This document shows positions 37,433 to 51,244 of a DNA stretch of 55,757 nt, piece after piece (the first letter of the stretch is position 1; each line of letters opens with the position of its first letter). The stretch is from Octopus bimaculoides (lineage: Eukaryota): the NCBI RefSeq assembly GCF_001194135.2, contig NC_068986.1, positions 110,519,983-110,575,739 on the forward strand, in the 5' to 3' direction. The notes below the pieces were generated by a model. That model was not told the DNA's origin. It searched no databases and worked only from the letters and a program-made list of their open reading frames with translations. A program made the translations under genes and the position numbers.

Positions 37433-37477
37433 GAGGTCCAGTTTGGTCAGGAGGTCCAGTTTGGTCAGGAGGTCCAG
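37433..37477. repeat. Perfect 18-bp tandem repeat, 2.5 copies
   Basis: gaggtccagtttggtcag twice, then gaggtccag. Confidence 0.95.
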
Positions 37478-38179
37478 AGAAAAACTGAAGCACACACTGT
37501 CTTGTGTGTGTTTCAGGTTATGACGTAAGTCCAATCATGATAATATGAAAACTGCTCATGTTCAGTAAAACCTAGACTCCGATTTTTTATAACTTTGAAT
37601 AAATCAAGATATGGTAGAAAATGGAATACAAAGGGTCTCTGATATTTTCCTGTAACTTTTACCTGCTTTCCACTGTTCAATAAATAAGTTTTTCACTGAA
37701 TTTGTGAGTTCTTAACTTTACGCCATTATTACGACACTACTTTATGTTGTCTCAGTGCTGAATGAAGAAGCGAGCGTTTTGACACTTACAAATGACCACT
37801 GATAAGATTATTGGAACAAACGAGAAATTTCTAGTAAAAAAATTATTATTTTAACAGTATTTTGTGGCATAGAAAATCATAAACTTACTCGGTACCAATA
37901 CTTTTTTCACCCCTAAATATTTATAATTGTATATAAATTCATTAGTTACTATAATTTATTAATTTCTTTTGCATAATCTTAGTTTATGCATGTGAATGCA
38001 AATACAGTATTGGTATATCCCATTTATGTTCATTAGAAATTAAATAAATAAAGAAATTTGACATGTACGAATATTCATTTCCCCCCACTAGAATCTCCAC
38101 ACAAGAAAGAATCAACAAGGAGAATCTTTTCATAGAGAAATTCCAACCATTTCTGAACACACACACCCCTCAGTGACCT

Positions 38180-38695
38180 NNNNNNNNNNNNNNNNNNNNN
38201 NNNNNNNNNNNNNNNNNNNNNNNNNNNNNNNNNNNNNNNNNNNNNNNNNNNNNNNNNNNNNNNNNNNNNNNNNNNNNNNNNNNNNNNNNNNNNNNNNNNN
38301 NNNNNNNNNNNNNNNNNNNNNNNNNNNNNNNNNNNNNNNNNNNNNNNNNNNNNNNNNNNNNNNNNNNNNNNNNNNNNNNNNNNNNNNNNNNNNNNNNNNN
38401 NNNNNNNNNNNNNNNNNNNNNNNNNNNNNNNNNNNNNNNNNNNNNNNNNNNNNNNNNNNNNNNNNNNNNNNNNNNNNNNNNNNNNNNNNNNNNNNNNNNN
38501 NNNNNNNNNNNNNNNNNNNNNNNNNNNNNNNNNNNNNNNNNNNNNNNNNNNNNNNNNNNNNNNNNNNNNNNNNNNNNNNNNNNNNNNNNNNNNNNNNNNN
38601 NNNNNNNNNNNNNNNNNNNNNNNNNNNNNNNNNNNNNNNNNNNNNNNNNNNNNNNNNNNNNNNNNNNNNNNNNNNNNNNNNNNNNNNNNNNNNNN
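38180..38695. other. Assembly gap
   Basis: N run. Confidence 1.
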
Positions 38696-38702
38696 ATATA
38701 TA

Positions 38703-38738
<36 letters not shown>

Positions 38739-38779
38739 TGTATGTATATATATATATATATATGTGTGTATGTGTGTGC

Positions 38780-38824
<45 letters not shown>

Positions 38825-39532
38825 TATATTCCTATTCAACACTGTGAGACAGAGATACACACAAGCTAATGGCATTCAGTCAAGCATTAATTAATGCGAA
38901 GCATTAATTTAGAGAGTAAAGTTTCCCGTAATACAAAATATCGTCCAACATTAAATCGTAATGATTCTGTTTTGGTTTTCCTGGAGACTAAAAGCCACCA
39001 AAGAACTCCACAAAATCAGTTCAGTTCTGTTAGAGCCACCTTAGTGCTCTTTAAACACCAGCTTATCATGTTATTTCTCTGTTTATGGTCATTTGGGGAA
39101 TAAACAATTTATTTTTTTTCTTTTACATTCATGCAAAGAAATATTAAGGTTATTTTTTTTTGTGTGGAGTGGGTGTATATATTGTATACACATTTTTGTT
39201 AGTTGGTTGCAGTATAGTCAATCGGTTATATCATCTGTTAGAGAGGATTATTGGAAAAGGCAGTGGGACAGGTTATATATTTCATATCAAATATAAACGG
39301 TTAGTGAGGTAGAAAGATAACTGGTGTCTATTTATTGTTATTTATAACGTTAATATCATCGTTTCATGACTAAACCAGATTACTGTAAGATGTGTATATT
39401 TGTACATTTTTCATTCTATGTTTCCTCTCTCGATGTTTGTGTATTACTCTGTGTGTTTGCAAGTGCGTGCGTGTGGGTATATGTGATATGTGCCCGTATG
39501 TGTGTAAAGTATGTAGTGTGTGTATGTGCCTG

Positions 39533-39569
<37 letters not shown>

Positions 39570-39984
39570 ATGTACGTGCGTGCTTGTTTGTATATTTGTG
39601 TGCTTTGGGTTAGCTGATAATTTTGTATGAACTTTGTTAGCAATTTTCCATTTATTTCTGAATGCTGACGCACACATATACACATATACGGACATACCTG
39701 CACTTTCTCTCAGACACAAACACACGAACCAACACACGCACACACACACACACACACAGAGACATACACAGACACACACACACACACACACACACATAAA
39801 CACACACATACACACACATTCTCTGTCTCTGACTGTCTATCTGTCTCATACATACTCATATACACACAGGCACACACATGCACAAAATATTTTTGTTCTC
39901 TTCAAATTCGTTGATGTATTCATTTTGTCATTAATACATCGTTGTGCTTTTGCAGGCATGTGTGATTTTGTGTATGTGTGTGTG

Positions 39985-40032
<48 letters not shown>

Positions 40033-40071
40033 NNNNNNNNNNAGAGAGAGAGAGAGAGGGGAGGGAGAAAG

Positions 40072-40106
<35 letters not shown>

Positions 40107-40845
40107 CAGGTAGATACATAGGTACATAGGTAGATAGATATGGATAGATATACATATATACATATATGAATAGTCATTTATATATTTGTATATGCATACA
40201 TAAAGACATGAACACAAACACACACACACGCATATATATATATATACATACACACAACTTATATATATATGTCTCCTTCTATATAAATGCACTATGTATT
40301 CAAGTGTTTTTTTTCTTCTCTACCAATAAAAATATAGAAAATAAAAACTAAAAGCTAACCCAGCCAGAGCTATCTACAATATATCAAAAGCATTTAAAAG
40401 TTCCATAGTACAGTTTTGTGAAAAGTAAAATATTGAAACTAGATTTTCAAATATATTCTCCATGAATGAATTTTCGAAAAGAAATCTTTATTTAATACTT
40501 TGAATGATGACTATATTCAGTATAGCTTAGGCCATCTCCAAATTCACCAAATTCTAGAAATAGGTAAATAAAGCCATTTATACGTAAATATATACATACA
40601 TATAAACACACACTCACAAACACGGCTATCAATTTATCTATCTATCTATTTTTCTATCAACACACACACACACGCGCGCAAACACACATATATACACACT
40701 GACAATGTGTATACATACACACACTAATAGATACATATATATGTTATTAGATACATGTATATCAATGCATATTCATGCGCATAAATATGAATATATATGT
40801 ATATATGTATGTATATGTACATATGTATGCATATATGCACTTATG

Positions 40846-40900
<55 letters not shown>

Positions 40901-41225
40901 NNNNNNNNNNNNNNNNNNNNNNNNNNNNNNNNNNNNNNNNNNNNNNNNNNNNNNNNNNNNNNNNNNNNNNNNNNNNNNNNNNNNNNNNNNNNNNNNNNNN
41001 NNNNNNNNNNNNNNNNNNNNNNNNNNNNNNNNNNNNNNNNNNNNNNNNNNNNNNNNNNNNNNNNNNNNNNNNNNNNNNNNNNNNNNNNNNNNNNNNNNNN
41101 NNNNNNNNNNNNNNNNNNNNNNNNNNNNNNNNNNNNNNNNNNNNNNNNNNNNNNNNNNNNNNNNNNNNNNNNNNNNNNNNNNNNNNNNNNNNNNNNNNNN
41201 NNNNNNNNNNNNNNNNNNNNNNNNN
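40901..41225. other. Assembly gap within (TA)n
   Basis: N run. Confidence 1.
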
Positions 41226-41260
<35 letters not shown>

Positions 41261-42404
41261 CATATATATATATATATATTAAAGACACTTCTTCACCAGA
41301 ACTGCTATACTTTATTGTGTGTGTATGTGTGTGCATGTATACATGTATATAATGTGAATACTTACATATCCTCACGCACATGTACATACACTCACTATTT
41401 GCATGTGTGTATATTAGGGAACTATGACAAAGTTATATATAATGTTTGAATATATTGTCGATCGTCTGTCCATACATTATGGAACACAATTTGAAATACC
41501 ATCAGAAATAGCTTTTTAGATTCCTTGATTTAAATGTCATTAATCGATGGAATCTATATATGATGTTCTCTTATCATTTATATTTCAAAATTTTGAATTA
41601 TTTCGCCGAAATTGTGGAACTGATATGGTTACATTTCTCAGCACCGTTCTTTCATAAGTTCAAATCTAATGAAATAGCCATGTTTTGTGTATATCTGCTT
41701 AATTGTATCCTATATTTGTTATAGACAAATGCATGTCTATCAAATATCATACAACATAGAGTTTTGATTTATTAAAATTGCCTCCGCCTCTAGACAATGT
41801 CATAATTACCAAATGGCAGTGCAAACAAGCTTCATAAGAAGGAGAGATAATCTAACGAGTCAAAACATTCCCACACTAGATTTTCTATTAAAGAAAGGAC
41901 AGGGTCACTGTTTGGAGAGATGTAGACATTGATGGGCACGTGCTTCTGACTCAGTAGCCGTCGCCAGTTTGACAATACGCCAACCTTCTCTCCAATAGCC
42001 ACAAGTTTTAAACTGAATCAAAAACAGTGAAACACTTTTATGGTCTAAATAATTAAAATATATTCCATAAAAACGCTCTCATGTATTTGAATAACATAGA
42101 CAAATAGAGTTATGTTAACTTACTATACAACATGGATTCTTGTCTCACCTTTAAAAGATCTTTTTTAAATAAAAGCGGATTATTTATTTGTAGGATCGTA
42201 ACAACTTCTGACGAAATCTTTTGTGTATTTAGTTACGTTCGTCTACTTTCCGACTTTGGTTCATTGATATGTTGCATTTATTACTAACTTAATCTTATGG
42301 AAGGAGCAGTGCTCATGGCATTTGCCAGTCGTCTGAGGGCGACTGGCTTCGAAGGCGGTGCTGTACTGTTGAAATTGTTATCAAGAAAGAGATAAGAGTA
42401 GATT

Positions 42405-42407
<3 letters not shown>

Positions 42408-42455
<48 letters not shown>

Positions 42456-42504
42456 NNNNNNNNNNNNNNNNNNNNNNNNNNNNNNNNNNNNNNNNNNNNN
42501 NNNN

Positions 42505-42535
<31 letters not shown>

Positions 42536-42569
42536 AATGGAAAGAGAGAGCAGATGTAGAAAAAAGAGA

Positions 42570-42607
<38 letters not shown>
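42408..42607. repeat. (GA)n microsatellite with a gap
   Basis: Read directly. Confidence 0.95.
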
Positions 42608-42611
<4 letters not shown>

Positions 42612-43234
42612 GAAGAACTGGGCATAATGATTAAGGTTAGATGGGTTACGGATGTTGAGGGAAACGGAGTGGAAAAGACGAGTGGGTTACGATAAACGAG
42701 GTGCCTAAGTGCTGGCGGGGAGGAAATGAAATCACGAACATGTAGTAGCATGGTGCTCAAATATCAGGAAGATGGCTACTCGAGGAGATCATTTTATGGT
42801 TCTAGATTTTGAGATTTAGTGGGATGTTGTTATTTTCATACGTGCCATTTTCCCATGATCCTCTTTATTTGACCGAAATAGTTAAAACTTCTATTGCATT
42901 TCCTACTTTTGTGATGTCTAAGGATGGATATTGATGAGTATCACTTTTTTTCTTTTTCAAATGAAATCCTGGAAAATTGAAAAGGAAAATTTACTTTATT
43001 TTGTCTTACTCATTTTGCCCCACGTAAATTTGTTTTTTTTTTATGCTCAGATAGAACGAGGAGAATTTTTTTGAAATAGTGTTCTGAATATGTTATAATG
43101 TTGTAATTCATTCAAAGAAAGACATTCGCTTTGCGGATATAGTTTTTGTAATATAGTGAACATTTGTATAAAAACACACTCTCTAAGTCAAAAATGCAGT
43201 AAACATTGCCCATTGTGCCCCACTCACATACTAA

Positions 43235-43412
43235 AAATAGTAGCTCGTTAGAGCGATGGTAACAAATGACCTGCAGTATTTTTCCATGACTTTACGTTCT
43301 GAGTTCAAATCCCGCCAAGGATTATTGAGCCTTTCGGTTCGATAAAAGAAAGCAGCAATCAAGCTTGAAAAGACAGCCCTCCAGCATATGCCTGAAAAAA
43401 GTAAAAGAGTAA
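43235..43412 (+). mobile_element. Old SINE with a family C-like head and a family A-like tail
   Basis: ttacgttctgagttcaaatcccgccaagg, then ccctccagcat...aaagtaaaagagtaaaa. Confidence 0.5.
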
Positions 43413-43835
43413 AATAGTATTATATTCGTGCTTATAAATAATTATTTCATAGTTGTGTTTGGTAGAATCGATTGAGCTACATCTAAATAACTCACGCTCT
43501 CTGACTTCATCCACTTATGTTGACTGTTCAAATCACCTCATGTGGTCCTTCCAAGAACTTAATCACCTGTTAAAAAATCAAATATTTATCAAAAATTTAT
43601 CCTCGTGACTCTGTCAGAAATATATTCTTCCAAAAGAAAAATAGCGAATCGTAGAAACGATAATGTCAATATGAGGTCTGATGTAATCCGCGTGAAATTT
43701 GACATGTTTTACTAGTTGGTTCATGGAAATAAATCCATACTTGAGTTTGCTCAATTGACTGTACCATTCCTTATAAATATATTTAAGCAAAATTCGGAAA
43801 TAGTTCCAAAGTTTTGGTAATTTTAGATTTCACAA

Positions 43836-44191
43836 TTACATTGACCCCAGTTCTCACCGTGTACGTGCAACGGAGGACAAAGTCGGCCTCCGTGGAATTT
43901 GATGTCAAACGCAAATACCTGAAAGAAATGTCGTTAAGCATTTTGTACAACATGCTAACAATTCTGCTAGGTTATGGCCTTAATGTATAATTCTGTCTAT
44001 CTTTCTGCCTTTCCAAGTTTGACACAATGCCAACAATATTTTGAAGGGTGGTGCATAGTCAATTACAACGGACTCTGGATGAAAAGCCAAACTGACCGCG
44101 GCAGTGTTTCATCTCAAAACGTAAAGAGCCGAAAGAAATGCTGTTAAGAATTTTGTCAGACTCGCTAAAGAATCTGCTAGCTCTCGGTCTT
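43836..44191 (-). mobile_element. Two old family C SINE copies in tandem
   Basis: Two decayed copies: aaagtcggcctccgtggaatttga...taagcattttgt...ctaacaattctgctag (43836-43982) and a second at 44041-44191. Confidence 0.5.
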
Positions 44192-45192
44192 ACTGTATTC
44201 TCTTTTAATGACGAAACGTTTAACTAATCACTCTTTAGCAGATCCATCCTCATAAAGTGAGCTCTCAGAATGGATAATGGGATATAATTGTTCAACTACT
44301 ACACAGTAAGATAAGCTAGTATTTTCTTTCAAATTTTGTAGATCATCTGAAGTTTTGTTGAATTTGAAGAGTTGATAATTTGGTGAATTATATATATACT
44401 TATGAGAGTGGATTGGTATTTTCAGAAACCATAGTTTAACTGAAACATCTCCCTGTCTTAAAATACATTTAATTTTAAACTTCTTTCTTTTAGAATATCT
44501 TTTAGTCTATTTAAGATAACGTCGCATTGTAAAGTTTCTAGTTTATTTTAGGATATTGTAGTTTATTTGGCTATGTTGTATTTTAAGAGACTGTTGTTTA
44601 TTTGAAATACCGTCGTGATTCAAGTATTGTTGGCAATTTGAAGTAACGTCGTATATTACAAGTTTATATTATATTTATTTGAAACAAGTTCATATATTAA
44701 ATTCCTGTACATGATTTGGAGCAGTGTTTCATTGAAGCCTTGCTTCGTTTTCAAATCATAGCGATTATTTCAATCAATGTCAAATTCAAAATATTCAAAT
44801 TAATTTAGTATATCTCGTATTTTATTAGTGATACTACTTCAATTATTGAAACAAAACAAATTTATTCATACTTTATTTTATTTTTCGTAAGATGTTTTGA
44901 ACATTGAAGAAATACAGTAGACTTCAGTCTGGTGCAGTTACGTGACTTTCTGGACCTTGATGTTGTAAAACGTTTTAAAAGGATTTATTTTTCTATGCTT
45001 TTCCGTTCCGTCTGGAAATTTCAAGGTATTAAATCGGAAATATTTTAATCGTCGGAAATCCGTTGACAAAAACAAATCGTAAAAAAAAAGAAAAAAAAAC
45101 TATGAAAATATAAAGAAAAGAAAGTTCAAAAGCAGAAACTGAAATCGAAAGTTCATAAACAAATTTGAATTCAAGCAATATTTCAGTCCGTT

Positions 45193-45423
45193 AAGGCGGC
45201 GAACTGGCAGAAACGTTAGCACGCCGGGTTGAATGCTTAGAGGTATTTCGTCAGCCGTTACGCTCTGAGTTCAAATACTACAGGAGTCGACTTTGCCTTT
45301 CATCCTTTCGGGGTCGATTCAATAAGTACCAGTTTCGCTTTGGGGTCGATTCAATAAGTACCAGTTTCGCTTTGGGGGTCGACTTAATCCCTTGTTTGTC
45401 CCTCTGTGGGCAATAAAGAAATA
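45193..45423 (+). mobile_element. Full-length family C (MetaSINE-like) SINE with a 16-bp TSD and an internal 32-bp duplication
   Basis: Head ggcggcgaactggcagaaacgttagc, gagttcaaa, domain gtcgactttgcctttcatcctttcggggtcga; TSD aatatttcagtc(c/t)gtt at 45177-45192 and 45424-45439. Confidence 0.92.
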
Positions 45424-45638
45424 AATATTTCAGTCTGTTATTTGCTTGGAATATTGATTTCAGTTTAAATTTTGGGCAATTATTGTTCACCTTTTGTCCG
45501 TATGTCTCAGTTTCCGTTGTGCATATATATTGCATACGGATGTCTATGGTGCATGAACAGCTCCATTGTGTGTGCAGCGTTGTTTATATATCTTACCTGT
45601 AAGTGTTTAGTATGCATATCTATGTCTATGCATATATT

Positions 45639-45870
45639 TATTTCTTTATTGCACACAGAGGGCTAAACATAGAAGAGACAAACAAGGACAGAAAAAAGGT
45701 ATTAAGTTGATTACATCGACCCCAGTGCGTAACTGGTACTTATTTAATCGACACCGAATGGATGAAAGGAAAAGTCGACCTCAGCGGAATTAGAACTCAG
45801 AACGTAACGGAAGACGAAATACCTCTAAGCAGTTCGCCCGGCGTGCTTACGATCCTGTCAGCTCGCCGCC
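45639..45870 (-). mobile_element. Full-length family C SINE in the opposite orientation
   Basis: Reverse complement aligns with 45193-45423 from head to the caataaagaaata tail. Confidence 0.9.
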
Positions 45871-46023
45871 CACTGCCGCCCCCTATGAATTACAGATGTA
45901 AATATTTAGCGTAGTATTGTACGTTTTAAGTAGATGGCTTCTGGGTATATATTTCACGTATCTATATCTATGCTCAGTATATGATTATATTGTGTGCAAT
46001 TCTTTGGGTATTTATGTGAGATA

Positions 46024-46193
46024 GGCGCAGGCATGGCTGTGTCGTAAGAAGCTTGCTTCCCAATCATATAATTCCGAGTTCAGTCCCAGTGCGTGGCACC
46101 TTGCGCTAGTGTCTTCTTCTGTAGCCTCGGGCAGTCCAAAGCAGTGAGTGGATTCGGTAGACGGAAACTTAAAGAAGCACGTTGTATATATGT
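46024..46193 (+). mobile_element. SINE family A, 5' half, ending at its internal microsatellite
   Basis: ggcgcaggcatggctgtgtcgtaag...gagttcagtcccagtgcgtggcacctt. Confidence 0.85.
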
Positions 46194-46501
46194 GGGATAT
46201 TTTACCTTTCAACAGCAGATCGAGAAATTAATTTTTTGTAACTAAACACTTTAAAACTTCGGAAACTGCTAGAATGTGTCATATAAAACATCTTTTACTC
46301 GTAGTGCTGTTGAGAAAAGTTTATATTTTCAAAGTTATTTCGTGTTAAAGTTGACGTATTTCGATAATTTCAACCAATCAAAGACGTGTATTCAGCTGAA
46401 TAATATTACTGCCGTTGGTTGTCAGCAACAACTATCGGCGGTGTATATTTCGTTTGTCAGGGATCTCAATGTTGTTATGACTTTGATTATTGTTAACGCG
46501 C

Positions 46502-46884
46502 GGAGGCGCAATGGCCCAGTGGTTTGGGCAGCGGACTCGCGGTCATAGGATCGCAGTTTCGATTCCCAAACCCGGACGTTGTGAGTGTTTATTGAACGAA
46601 AACACATAAAGCTCCACGAGGCTCCGGCGAGGGATGGTGGCGAACCCTGCTGCACTCTTTCACCAGAACTTTCTCTCACTCTTACTTCCTGTTTCTGTTG
46701 TGCCTGTAATTCAAAGGGTCAGCCTTGTTACACTGTGTCACGCTGAATATCCCCGAGAACTACGTTAAGGGTACACGTGTCTGTGGAGTGCTCAGCCACT
46801 TGCAGGTTAATTTCACGAGCAGGCTGTTCCGTTGATCGGATCAACTGGAACCCTCGACGTCGTAAGCGACGGAGTGCCAACAAC
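46502..46884 (+). mobile_element. Full-length tRNA(Arg)-like-headed SINE (octopus OR-type by recall) with a probable TSD
   Basis: A box TGGCCCAGTGG, gactcgcggtc arm, GTTTCGATTCC B-box-like, tail gacggagtgccaacaac; attgtta(a/g)cgc at 46489-46499 and 46888-46898. Confidence 0.85.
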
Positions 46885-46887
46885 AGC

Positions 46888-47045
46888 ATTGTTAGCGCAC
46901 CATGCAAAATGTTTAACGGTATTTCTTCTAGCTCTTTAGGATCAGAGTTCAAATTCCTCCGAAATCGATTTGCTAATTCACTTCTCAAGCTTCGATAAAA
47001 TAAGTAATAGCTGGGCACTGAATTCGATACAATTGACTTCTCCTC
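46888..47045 (+). mobile_element. Old family C SINE adjoining the OR-type copy
   Basis: gttagcgcacc...aaatgtttaacggtatttc...gagttcaaattcctccga. Confidence 0.5.
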
Positions 47046-48609
47046 CATTCAAAACTGATGGCCTTTTGTCTAATTAAGAAAGGTGTATTGGGCTGGCTGC
47101 TCAATAATCATACACGAGACTAATAAGCAGAAATCACTTATCCAAGTATTTGTAACGGCTTTCGCGTTAGTCCTGTAAAAGAGATATATACTCTCTCAAA
47201 TCGTCTGTGTTTATATGAACCTAGTATCAGAAGGTTTTAACCGATGATATGTATTTGGCAATAAACGCTTGGAATTATGGAACCCATTTTAAATTATATG
47301 AATTAATTCTATTTAAATGTGACATCTATGTTTAATTAAGGACAGATTCACTGGAATAAAGAAAAGGATTCCAATGACACCTAAAATAACTACGGTCCCA
47401 CCTCTGCCAACAAACTGAAAGATTCAAATACAATTTGAATTCGCCATTCCACATTTTATCGAATTCGTGTATTCTCTGTAGTGCAAAGATATAAATTCAT
47501 TCGTATATATAATGAAATCTTATAGACAATGTGATTTATAGCTCATTTGAAAGGAATGGTTGCACATACGATCTAATTTCAAGATTTCCTTGAATTGTAG
47601 GAAAAGAATGGAAGATCGTGATCTCTTTAGGCAGGAAAATTAGTCAGTATACCCGTAAATAATTTTGTAGCCTTGAAATAGAGTAGACTCCCTTAATGGC
47701 AGCCCCGGCCAAGCTGATAGTCTTAGACTGGCTTACAAGAAAATCACTCAAAGATCCGGTGATGTTCTTGTAATTATATTCTACACAATTTCTGAAAATT
47801 CAGACAGAGTTATCTGGTTTTCGTCAACGAGAGGTTATAGAAGAAAAAAAACAAAAAAAAAACTACTTGCGACAAAGAGCTGTAAAGTAGAACCGAAACA
47901 TTTGCAACACAATTTTGACGCCAACGATTTCAGTTACACAGTCATGTTTTCTATCAAATAATGGCTTATATAATTCTTCTTGTGAATGAAGTGGAAAAAC
48001 CGTATTTCCAAGTGATTTATCGTATATGTTATCTACTATAAAACTCTCAGACTATGTCAATATTATGCTTTTCTTGATATGCATGTTGAGAGAGGCTGTA
48101 TTAGACGCAAAGCATGATACGTTGGCCGCTGAACTCGACGTGGACTTCAACTTATAACCCGACATAATTTCTGAACAATTATATTTTATTAACAGTAAAA
48201 CTTGTGATGGATGTGAAATAAACTTTTGTTCCTCAACTATCTAAGCTGTTTACTTATCTATTGTTGCATGTTTGTAAGAATATGCGAGTGTATGCATATG
48301 CACACACACACACATACACACACATATTTATGTGTGTGTGTGTGTGTGTGTGAACACATTTTCGTCACACAGCTACGACCTACTAACTGAGAGAGCTCTA
48401 AAGCAAATGTCTGTCCCACTTCAGTTTCAACACCCGCTCCGAGCGCATACTCTGTCACTTTCGCACGCAAGCATGTGTGTGTGCGTGTGTATGCGCTTCT
48501 GTGTGCGTGTACGTGTTTGTCTGTGCATGTGTGAATGCGAATAGTATATACAATTGCATATTACCGTATATTAAACAAGCAAAAAGAAGTGTAAGCGCGC
48601 GCGCACGCG

Positions 48610-48640
<31 letters not shown>

Positions 48641-48851
48641 ATTTTTTCGTTAAAGCTGTGAGCGTCTCTCGCGATTCCAACTGCATGACACAGCGAACTC
48701 TCCGGGAAAACTCTGAATGTCGTGGTTCACTTGATCGCAGGTGTGGCGTGAAACTTGAGTCGCGTGACAAACTCTTAACACAAAGGAAATAAACCAGGAC
48801 TTCTACAAAGCGTATTGAGTACTCCTTGCAAAGTCATTCGATACTGAGTAG

Positions 48852-48901
<50 letters not shown>

Positions 48902-48943
48902 CATCTGTCTATCTATCTGTCTATCCATCTGTATGTGTTTATA

Positions 48944-49340
48944 TACTTTTATATTTTACTTGTTTCAGTAATTCGACACGGGCCATGCTGGAGCAGTGCC
49001 TTGAAGGAATCGACTCCACTACTTACCTTTTGAAAACATAGTACGTGCTCTGTCGTTCTCTTTTGCTGAACCGCTATGTCACATAGACATAAACACACCA
49101 ACACCGGTTGTCAACCGGTAGTGGAAGACAAGGAGAGACACAAAATCACACATAAACGTATCTCTCTCTCCATGTGTATATATGATGGATCCTTTCATTT
49201 TCCGTCTACCAAATCCAGTCACAAGGTCATCCCCAATGCTATAGCACTAGACACCTGCCCCGAGTGCCACGCGGTGGGACTGAACCTAAGACCATGTGGT
49301 TGCGAAGCAATATTTCATACGACACAGCCATGCCTACAGT
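48944..49340 (-). mobile_element. Old full-length SINE family A
   Basis: Tail gggccatgctggagcagtgcc through head gtgggactgaacc...acacagccatgcct. Confidence 0.85.
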
Positions 49341-50514
49341 CTGATATAATATGGAATGTGTATGATTTCGTTCTATGACTCACTTCTTTATGCCACCATT
49401 TATTTTTGTTGTTATGAAGAAGGTCGAATTCATATTCAGGTTAAATCTAACAAAATGTCTTATTGGAAACTAAAAAAGTATATACGTTGCAATAATACTA
49501 ACATTAACGAATGAAAGCAGAAACTTTCTAGAAAATATTTCACTGGAATATATTCTCTTCTAAGTAGAATATGGAAACCTTCGAATACAAAAGTAGTCTT
49601 GACCAATATTGGAAGCTTTCTGCACTTAAGATATTTTCCTTATACATACAACGTATTCGCATAGTTAGTGACTTACTTAATAACTGGAAGAAAACAAAAT
49701 TGATATGTTTGTAATCTTATACAATCGATCTGTTATGTTTTTCTTCCTTTTCCCAAGATAAGCTTTTAAGTTGGATGGCAATAGTAAAAAAATAAAAATA
49801 TTAAACAAAGAAACAAGATAATAATCAATCGTATGTTAGATTCTTTAATCCTTCGACTAAAGCAAAATGAAGAATCGGAGAGAAATAAGAAAACTATTTG
49901 CAGTAAGGAGAAGTTTTTCGAGTTGTGCACACAGAGCACACCCACCACTACCAGCACCCGAACAAACCATGCAGCATTACACAAACATGGCTGAGCCAAT
50001 ACAATTGAAATGGATGTCTCAACAAGAGGCGAAATGTTTGAGGAGCGGCTGTTAAGGCAGAATGTTTTAGCGTAGTTGCTTACTTTCCAATTCCGTTGAT
50101 GTTATTTTCGGTCTACTTCATACCGATGCCTTCAACAGATGTACACAGCCTGAGGACTCAAAGAGCAGCAATTGTACATTCTTAGCACTGACTGGCTTTA
50201 TAATCAAAGTTTCATTTAAAGAATGTGCAAGTGGTTGTTTTGGCGAAGTGGTGATGATGGTTGTGGCGGTGGCTGTGGTTGTATTGATGGTGGTGGTGGT
50301 GGCGATAGAAGTGGTGTTGTAGGGGAAATTAGTCCTCTTAAGTTAAAGATAGTCATACATATTGTATAGCCACTAACAAACGAACCGATCTTTAATTGTA
50401 TTTGGCAGATTTATATCTCCCTTCTGGCTCACCGTAATTGCTAGGTTTAAATGATGTTTTTCAACTGTGGAGAACAATGAGAGTGAGCAGAATGGACAGA
50501 TATACACACATACA

Positions 50515-50567
<53 letters not shown>

Positions 50568-51244
50568 GGGGGGGGCGTGTGTGCGGGCGCATGTGATATA
50601 AGAGGAGAAAGATGGCGTAGGAGGAAACCGAAATATTGAATGAGCGCGCGATACAATAAGCAATGGTGAGGGAGAGAAAGTAAGAGAGAAGAAGTGGGTT
50701 CGGTGGAGAAAGGTTAAATAAAACCCCTGCAGCAGTTATCTATTTTAGAGCTTATCAAAGATAGCTCGCAATCGAATAACATTTCCTTTGAAAATACATT
50801 TTTAAACGCAGTACTTAGGTGGAGCTGGGAGCTTTTAAAGTCGGACGTAAATTAGTCAGTGAAGTTGAGAACACTTTAAAAGTTTTCAAATCAAAAAGTT
50901 GAAATAACACACCAGCTGCCCAGCTTTAACTAAGCATCTGCTGCTGATGTATACAGCTTAAGAGACGTTCTTCAATTTATTCACTCACAACAAAGGAGAG
51001 CGATAATTCGACAGGAAAAGTTTGCAGTTGTTATTTTCTCCAGGAAGTTCAGTCAGCTCCTGTCATTATGTTATGTCTTCGTATGAGCTGTGTGATATAG
51101 GCATTGCTTATTCTTAAAAAAGAGCGGGTTTCTATTCCTGGTCGATATTATTAATTCCATTCCTATCAATGAACGCCACAAATTCGCTCTAAAATGTAAG
51201 ATTTTAGCAAAATAAAATGTTCTTCTAAATTTGGCAAAAGGCCA

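Noticed and set aside
50900-50960. Cluster of E-box-like hexamers (CAGCTG, CATCTG)
   Set aside because: Hexamers occur by chance at this density; no conservation data.
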